Notes under the pieces: generated by a model | Database searches by the model: none | What the model was told of the DNA's origin: nothing | The model's input: only the letters and a program-made list of their open reading frames with translations | Position numbers and translations under genes: made by a program | Part shown: one piece after another, positions 46,801 to 55,800 of the stretch | Layout: each line of letters opens with the position of its first letter | Numbering within the stretch: the stretch's first letter is position 1 | IMG/VR virus record: IMGVR_UViG_3300031757_000001 | Coordinates: 1-56,178 of that record | DNA from: a virus | Lineage: Duplodnaviria > Caudoviricetes | Length of the DNA: 56,178 bases | Reading direction: 5' to 3' (one strand)

Positions 46801-49800
46801 GGGGATATATTTGAAGCAAAGACTGCTTACGAAAGATACGGAGATAGGGATGAAAGGGGAAAGCTAAAGTCGTTAAAATTAGAAACCTTAAAAGCTCACC
46901 TCTCTCAGGCCAGTCTGCCATTTGACTCAAGAGGTCCAGGTGGGGTTGGAGAGGCAAAGGCGTTAGATATAATGAAGGGCAAGTCTGCTGCGGGAACACA
47001 GGCTGATGTCATAACTAAAAGTTTATTCTCTGACTCTGACCGAGGCTTATTTAAGGGCATTTCTGAAAAATTAACGGTTGGGAATGGAAAGTTTGGAAAG
47101 GACTGGGCAGTCGGTGCGGATGGGGCGAAAATAAATATCCCTGGCAAGCTGGCAACAGAAATGAAGGCGGCTGGATATCACGTCTCGGGCGATCAGGCAA
47201 GCAAGGCGGAGGTAAAAAGATTTGCAAAAGCCTCTTTGTTGGGGTATAGAAAAGCTTACAACCAAAGAAAGGTTCAAAATGCAGTTCAGAAGAACTCTCC
47301 AATGTTCCAGGATAAATTAAAGCTTCCTTCGGCCGTCCCTTTCCCTGCAGGAGGAAGGAGTAGCGGAAGGTTCCAGCTCGCCGCCAGAAGAGGATTAAGG
47401 GGAATGGGAGCAAGCGGCGGTTACGTTCCTAATTTTGCATTAAGGACGTCCCCCATGAAGCCTCCTTCGTATCTCGTAAAAATGGCGGAAAAAATTCACG
47501 CCGCTGGAGGGAAGGCTCAGATTATAGGAGGTGCGCCCAGGGACCACTTGCTAGGCATGGGCAAAGGGAAGCCGAAGGATTGGGATGTAGAGGTATTTGG
47601 GTTACAGGAAAAAGCCCTTCGCTCCATGTTGGGAAAAAACGTTAGCGAAGTTGGAAAAGACTTTGGGGTATTTAAAGTAAATAATAGAGGAGCCGATTAC
47701 GACTTCTCCATGCCTCGCGCCGAAACCAGCACGGGAAGGGGCCATAGGGATTTTAAAGTCAAAAAGGATCCGTTCATGTCGGAACTAGAAGCTGCCAAGC
47801 GAAGAGACCTTACTGTAAACGCTATAAGCTATAACCCTCTAACGAAGAAATTTAGCGACGCTGGTTTAGGCGGGATGAAGGACCTTGAGGCGAAGGTAAT
47901 GAGGCCGACATCCGCAAAGTTCATGGAAGATCCCTTGAGGGTGATGAGGGCCATGCAATTTGCTGGGCGTTTCGGGTTTTCGGCAGATGCAAAGCTTATA
48001 GAATACTCAAAGGCAATATCTGGTAAATTTAACGCCCTGCCCAAGGAGAGGGTACGGGACGAATGGTATAAGTGGGCCACTAAATCCAAGGATCCGTCAA
48101 AGGGGCTGGATTTCTTGGAGAAGTCTGGCTGGATGAAGCACTTCCCTGAATTGGGTAGGCTATCTGGCATTAAGCAATCCCCAAAATGGCATCCAGAGGG
48201 GAATGTTTTTGAGCATACAAAAATGGTTGTCGACCAAATGACAAAAAGGAAAGTCTGGAAAGGTTGGTCTCCCGACGAAAGGTGGAAGGCCATGCAAACC
48301 GCATTAACTCATGATTTTGGAAAATTTGGTACCACCATTAGAACCCCGAAGGGGCTGACCTCCGCTGGCCACGCCGAAAAATCAGTAGGGGACGCAGAGG
48401 CATTTTTCCAAAGAATAATGTCCAAGGGAGAAGCCAAAAGCTTAATAAAGGAAATCGGCCCTGATATTGGGGGTCATATGTACCATACAAATTTGCCCGT
48501 AGGGAATAAGGCCATTGGGAGAATGAAGCGAAAAGGCATGAATCTAGAGAGGTCCATCGCAATGGCAAAATCGGATGTCCTTGGGCGAGGGCCACAACCT
48601 AAGGGTGCTAGAGGAATCAAAGAGGTAAGACAATTTGAAGGCCAAGTCAATAAGATGGGAGTAACAAAGGCGGCAGTAAAGCGTTTGGTTACGGGAAATG
48701 ATTTAAAAAAGGCAGGGTTAATGGAGCAGGGCCCAGGGATGAAGCCAGTACTCAACGCGCTAGAAGACGCTCAGTTAAGCGGGCAATTCTCAACCACTGC
48801 AGGAGGATTAAAATACGCAAAGAGGCATCTCGGTTTGTCTGGCGGATACGTTCCAAATTTCGGATATATGGGCAAGGGCATAAGACAAGCGATCAATAGA
48901 GAGCAATCTATGTCTGGGCAAAAAGCCGTAGTCGAAAGATCCAGGTTCCTTGATGGAGGAGTGGGGGTATACAATAAAGCTCAACAAAGAAAATATGGCA
49001 GTCTTGACAGGACGATACAAAGAGATCACCTTGGCCAAGGCCAGAGAAGGTCCACCTTAGGCGAGACTGGCTCTGGAAAAGAAAGGTATGCCGCTGGAGG
49101 TTTTGTTCCTAATTTTAGGCTGAGAAATATTTTTTCAAGAAATGACCCAGCTTTTCAAAAAAGTAGAGCCACATGGAACGAAAAAACAGACTCTTATTTA
49201 GAATACATTAATCCAAGAAAGACTCAAAAGTGGGGCACTGGACCAGTAGATAAGAAAACCAGGGAAATTGCAATGGCTGTCTCTCGTCAAAAGGGAGATA
49301 TGTTTGAAATATTCAAGTCCGCAAAAAACTCCAAGTTCATGAAAGAAGGCGGGAGGTATACGACGCAACAGCTTGGCCAGCAAATGGGGAGAAAAATAAA
49401 CCCTAAATCAACTAATTTTGAAAATTTGGTAAGCAGTTTTCCTCAATTGAAATATAGGATGCAGCGTGGACTTCATACCTCTGGTACATATAGGAACGAG
49501 TCGACGGGAGGCCTTGGCCGTAGATTTAGTGGTTTAAGTGATCTACGGTCCTACGTTAACTCCTTAAGCAAGAAAGACTTTCAGGGCTCGCTTGGCAAGG
49601 GGGCGCAAATTCGAATAAATGATTTAGAGACAAAACTAATTAAGTCTACGGCTGATGGTGGAGTTTATAGTCAAATTGGGAAGAAGTCTGGCGGGTACAT
49701 TCCAAATTTTGCGGGAGCTCGGGGAGGTTCGATGCCAAGGTCCTTTGGGTTGCAGTCGGGCAAAGCGGATCGTGGGCTCGCGGCTGATGCCCATAATGCG

Positions 49801-52800
49801 GAAGTATTTAAAGCGCTAAGGAGGCGGGGTCGCGGCACAGGGATGGGAAAGCAGGAAATTGCGGAGCAGGCGGTTGGGGCATACTTAAAAGGCGGCGTTC
49901 CCGCAAGGGTGGCGGCCGATGCCGCGACGTCCCTGATTTCGGGCCAAGCCGCTGGACTTCCCATGCCAGCGTTCCTGTTGGATATGGCCTTTATGCACAC
50001 AAAGGGCCTTGCGATGATGGGCAAGAATATTTTGACGGGGAAAAAGCTAACTACGGGGCTGGCTGCACATTATGAGCGTCAATTGACCGCCAGGAGCCCG
50101 CTTGTTGGCGGAGCCTCCACCTTCGCAGGGGGGTATGTTCCTAATTTCGCCCGCGCAGACAGGTGGACTAGCAGCTGGACAAAGTCAAGGAAATCCGCCA
50201 AGAAAAAGCGCTATGGCAGTGGTTCGGCTAAACAAAACAGACAAACTGAAGCCAATGCGTTTGTGGGTCTGGGGGACAAGGTGCAAAAATTGCAAAAAAT
50301 AGGCCAGAATCTTCATTTAGACAAAATAGACGATATATTTCAAGGGTTTTTTGCTGGAGGATATGTTCCTAATTTTGCAGGCAAGTCCGTGGGTCAGCAA
50401 ATTAAGGACGCAAGAAAAGCGTTAAAAAATTTACACCCGAACGATGTGGCAGGAAGGGAGAACCTTAACGCGAAAATTCAAGAGCTTGAAGGACGAAAGA
50501 GAGGTCATAGCAATAGAAATAAGGGGACGAAGGGGAATCCGACAGGCGCTGGAAGCGGCGATAGAAACAAAGCGCCGACGGCTAGTGCTGTAGACAAACA
50601 GTCCGTCGATCCAGACGTCAAGGCAGACAGGAAAGGCAACAGGGAGATAAAAAGAAAAAGAAGGACAGCAAGAAAAAGAAAAATAAAGATGCTGAGAATG
50701 TGGCGTGGAGCCACTAAAACCGCAGGGGGAGCGCTTGAATGGGTAAAGGGGCTGGGCCCTTTCGGAACAAAGAAGGCTACAGACTTCATTGGGGATACTC
50801 GTAAGGACAGGGGAGCCTTAAGCGGGAAGTGGCTACAGAAAGGGAAGGATTTTATTGGAAGAATTAATGCGGCGTCTGCTGGAGGCAAGGAGGGGCTGCA
50901 GAAGCATGACGATCAGCGAGGGGAAGAAAGGCGCGCCAAGAAAGCAGCTCGAGAGGCAAAACGGGCGGCGGATAGAATTGAAAAAGCTGCCGCAAAGACG
51001 GCCAGAGTGCAGGCGGCGCGAGAGCTAAAACACCAGAAAAAGCTGGATAAGGGAACCAAGTCGGAAGAAAGGAAAAAAAGAAAGGGGAGGGTATCGAGGG
51101 TGCGCTCGTACAAGCGGAAGAAATTTGTAGAAAGAATGACCAAGCCGTACAAGGATTGGAAGAGAGAAAGTGCCGAAAACAAGAAAACTAAGGCAGATAG
51201 AAACGCCGCAAGAAAGGCGCAAATTGTAGAGCAAAAGAATCGGGATTTAGAGCAAAAGAGAGCGGATGACCGTGCCAGGTTAGACAAGAAGGAGAGGAAT
51301 AAAGCGGAAAGAGCTGCTGGAAAAACAAGGAGAAAACAAAGGAAAGAAAGAGTATCGAGGGTGCGCTCGTACAAGCGGAAGAAATTTATGAAAGCCTCCC
51401 TCCGTACGGGGCTTGGAGCAGGCGGAAGGATCCTCGCGGGGGCGGCCGCGGGGCTCGCGCTACCATTAGTGGGCGGGGTTGGGGTTGGCGAAAGGGCAGT
51501 GGGTGGCGCCGCGAAGGCCGTAGGCGGACTCTCGGGTGGAATAGGGAAGGCGGCAGGGAAGGCGTACGGATGGAGCGTTCAGAAGGCCAAGAAAATAGCC
51601 TATGAGGCTAAAATTGCAAAAATCGAGAAAGACATTTTAAAGGCGAAGAAAAAAGAGTTGAAGGCCGCTGCAAAAACAGTCGTGGTTACGGATCAGAAAG
51701 TTAAAACTGTAGTCCAGCAAAATAAGGCTGCGGATAAAGTTACTAAGGCTACGGTTAAAAAAGCAGCAAGGAAAACTCCTAGCGCAGAGAAGAAAGCTTT
51801 GAATAGGGAAAACATTACCGCTAAGGCGATAAATGAAGCCAATGCGAAAGCAAAGGGTTCAAAGGGCGGTCCCCCCAAGGGCCCAAAGGGGCCATCCACC
51901 CCCACGACACCTGGAATAGATCCCGAGAAGAAGATTCGTGGAGGAATGGATAAAATGGGATCGCTCTTCATGGTTCAGATGGCTGCATCTATGGCCCTTC
52001 CTTACGCGGAGCAATGGAACGAAAAGAAAAGAGATGGGTCTGAGGGGTTTGGCAAATCTACATCTCAAGCTTCAGTCAATGCCCTGGCGACCGCGCAATA
52101 CGCGATGTTTTTAGCGTTCATACCTGGAATTGGAATTGCCGCCGCAACCGCGGCGGTTGGCATAGCTGCTCTCGTGGGCTGGATAGACGGCTTGACCGAA
52201 AGTTCCGAAGAGGCTGGCAAGAGACTGCAAGAGGAAAATGCGGAAAAGGCCAAGCGGGCAGGTCGACAGTCTGAGGCAAGAACTGGATTAATGTCGGGAA
52301 TTTCCGAACTAAGAAATAGAGAGCGCGGGGGGAACGCTGAAAAAATAAGGACCGCAAGGGATAATGTATTAAGTAGGCTCGGAGGGATTGAGGATAACAA
52401 GGAGAGGCAAAAGCTTCAGAGCATGATAAATAGCGGCGCAAGCACTTCGGATATCGCAACGGAGCTCGAGAGGAGAGAAAATATTGCAAATAGAGAAGCG
52501 CAAAAGAGAAATGCATATACCCACATAGGGGAGTCCGCCTTTGCGGATAAGGATTTTGGAACGAAGATGGGCGATGGAGATAAAATTTGGATAGACAGCG
52601 CAGGCTCTTTCTCTAGCGCAATATCAAACTTAAACAAGGATGAGCTTAAGAAGTTTAGAGATGGACTAAAAGAAACTACGGGGAAAAATGCGCTGCTAAG
52701 TGATGCTTTTGAGCAAATGCGGGCTGACCAATTGGGGAACGCATCCAGCGATCAGAGGAATCTGTCGGAAAAGAATTACAAGAACCTGTCCTTGACCTCG

Positions 52801-55800
52801 GCAGATATTGATCGCACGGAGAAAGACTTAAGTAATTTAAATATGCTCACTCCTGCGGCGCAAAATGCAATAAAGGCGGCGCGGGAAGAGCGAAACGATG
52901 CCGCGCTAAAGGCCATAATGGTCTCGATGGAGCAAGGAAACGAAAGATCTCTGGACTTTAAAGCGGGGGGAGATGCGGCCACTGCGCAAGTTGGGGTCAA
53001 CAGGGCTTTCGAGGAATTTACTAACGAGCTTAAATTTAGCGAACAAATGTTTAAACAATATAACTCTATATTGAATAAACGGGCTAAACATGAGGTGGAA
53101 ATGATGAATTTAGTTGGTAACGCAGCGATAATGTTGAGTTCTAATTTTGCCAAATCGTCAATAGATATAGCCAGGAATGCTCAGGAGTTTAATATTGACT
53201 TCGATCAAAGGATGGGCTCCTTGGGGGCATTTGAGGCGAACTCCAAAAAGTTCGAAGCAAAACGCCAGGCAATGAATGCTAATTTTGCGGTAGACCAAGC
53301 TGCTGTTTCTGCGAATAGGGGGCTATCCATAGAGTCCCTGAAACAGGGGACAAATAATCAATTAAAAAGCATGGCTAGAGAATACAATCAAGGGTCGAGG
53401 AGGACTGTGTTTGATGCCATAAGCCGAGACCCAAAGAATCTCACTAAGGCAGATAAGAAAATTCAAGACGAATTTAAGCGCCAGGTACAGAGCGGAGATG
53501 TAAATATCGATAATATTCATAAAACCGTGGGTCGAGCGGTCTCTTCCGCCAAGGTAAGAGAGGTTGAAAAGGCGGTGCAGCCCAAGGATAGCCTGTCGCT
53601 CAAGGATGCGGAAGCCAGAGTGGAGAGGGCGGAATTCGAATTGAAGAAGGCGGGCAGGGGCGAAGCGATCAAGAGACTTCAGCAGTCCATCTTCAACCAG
53701 ACAGACGAGGGGATGGGCCTGATGGGCGGTGATCCGTTTTGGATGGTGCAGGATCCAGGCTTAGGGCGTCCAGAAAGGTACTTTAGCAGCTTCCAGGGAG
53801 AGAGAGGGCAACTACCATTATCAGACCAAGAGGCCCAGGCTCGTCTCGACGAGGAGCCAAGCGCCCAGGGGGCAATCGCGGAGAAAACTAGGAAGATCGT
53901 TGATGATCGAATAGCGGCGACCAAACGCGCAGAAGAGAAATATTTTCAGGACTATGGGGAACGCGTAGACCTCATGGGGCTTGATCCGACAGCGGCATAT
54001 AAAGGACCTGACATGGGCTGGAATACTTCTGATATTAAGTGGAAGAAGCGTTCGCCGTACACCGATGATTGGGTAGATCAGGCGGCAAGGGATGGTGGTA
54101 GACCCGAGCAAGTCATATTTGATCCCGTCAGTTGGCAATCTAGTATTGAGGTGCAGCGTAATACCGCGCGTGACCTTGCGAAGACTAAGTATGAGGAGCT
54201 TGAAGCAGCCAAAAAGAACCTCAAGGATCGGAAGCGAGAGAAAAAAGCCGAAGAAGCCAGAGGCCGCAAAGATGGCGTGGAGAATTTAGGCAAATATAAA
54301 GATGACTTGGCGGGTCGGAGAGAAGTTCTTGATACGGACAAAACTGGACTAGCTCCCCGCATGGCGACCCAACTAGAAAGAGGGCAGACATCTACCGCCG
54401 CAGCAATGAAGGAAGTCGGGGAAGATTTTGCGCGAGAACAGCAGAAGATAAACGTAAACGCCGCGAAACAATCCCTACAGCTGGAGCTGCAGAGAAGGAT
54501 AATGGAGCAGCAGCTTAGGCTTGAAGAGGAACAGGCGCAAAAGAACGAGGCATTTAATAGGCTCCAGTCAAGAACCTCTGGGGGAGTAACAAAGACCACC
54601 GTACTTAATAATATTGTTGCGGATGCAAATATAGCTTCCGTCTCCGATCAGGTGGAGTTGGGTGGCGGCGCGAGCCTCGGAAATCGGGCGATTGGAGCGG
54701 AAGCGAGGCAAAGCATTGCCGCCGTAACTGGGGTGTCGGAAATTTTCACGCCAGCGGATAAGCTTGCGTTATTTGATTTTAATACCAAAGCCATGGTTGA
54801 CGCCTTGAAGGCGGGAGGAGATACCAAGTCGGCGAAGTTGGTAGAGGAAGATGCAAAAAAAGTAAGAGAGCGGATCAAGGCGGGCGAGGCCAGTCCATAC
54901 GATTCGGATGCTGAAAAATTAAATTCAGTAATAAGAGAATTAAAGGCTGTAATAGAAGGAAAATTGATCGCAGCCCTGGAAAAACCCATGGAGCCGATGT
55001 TGTTCGAGTTTCCTGCCGAGATGGATGCTGCAATGAATAGGGTTTCGGAAGAGCTGAATAAGCTTAGTTCCGAGGGATTTAAATGGTACGAAAATCTTTA
55101 CAATATTGCAACTATATTAGACCAAATAGAAAAAAACTTGAGAGAGAAGGAGGCAATAGACGCTTTCAACGAGGGGAGTGATTTAACTGGATATAACACA
55201 ACTACCGATAGGCATGGCCGAAAGCGCACTAGCGCAAGAGTAGATGGAGGGGAAATCATTTGGGGAGAAAAGGGTGAAAAAGTTGCCACGACCAAGAACG
55301 ATGACTGGCTGAATACTGTCGAGGTCACAAGGGAGGCGGATGGAGGGGTTTACTATAAGAAGCGTACAGGAAGTCACAACGCTGCCACGAATCATACCAC
55401 TTGGGAGGAGGGAGAGGAAAAGTTTATCGCTAACCCAAATAAAAAGGATCTATCTCTTCCGTCCAGAGCGGATTTAACTACCGCCGAGGGTCCGAAGTGG
55501 GACTTTTGGAGAGATAGGGTTGGGGCCTTTGAGGACAGGCGGCAGGGTATTGCGGGGAGTAGAAAACCTGCACAAGCCCCGCCCGATATAGACGCCGCCA
55601 GGAAAGCCGCTCAGGCTCGCATTGATCAATTAGACGCCATAAGTGATCAAGGCAGAGGGAGTAGCCTGTTTGATATCGTGCCGCCTAAGGACTCCAGCGA
55701 GTATAAAGACCTGAAAGGCGGCGGTAATCTTTTAAACCCGATGAGGGCTGTGGGCGATCCCTATAATGGCGGGAGGGCAATGCCTGGGCTTCGTGCCTTT

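Noticed and set aside
45481-50376. Inteins as the explanation for domains inserted in the tape measure
   Set aside because: Segments lack N-terminal Cys/Ser and C-terminal His-Asn splice motifs and any Hint or homing-endonuclease signature.
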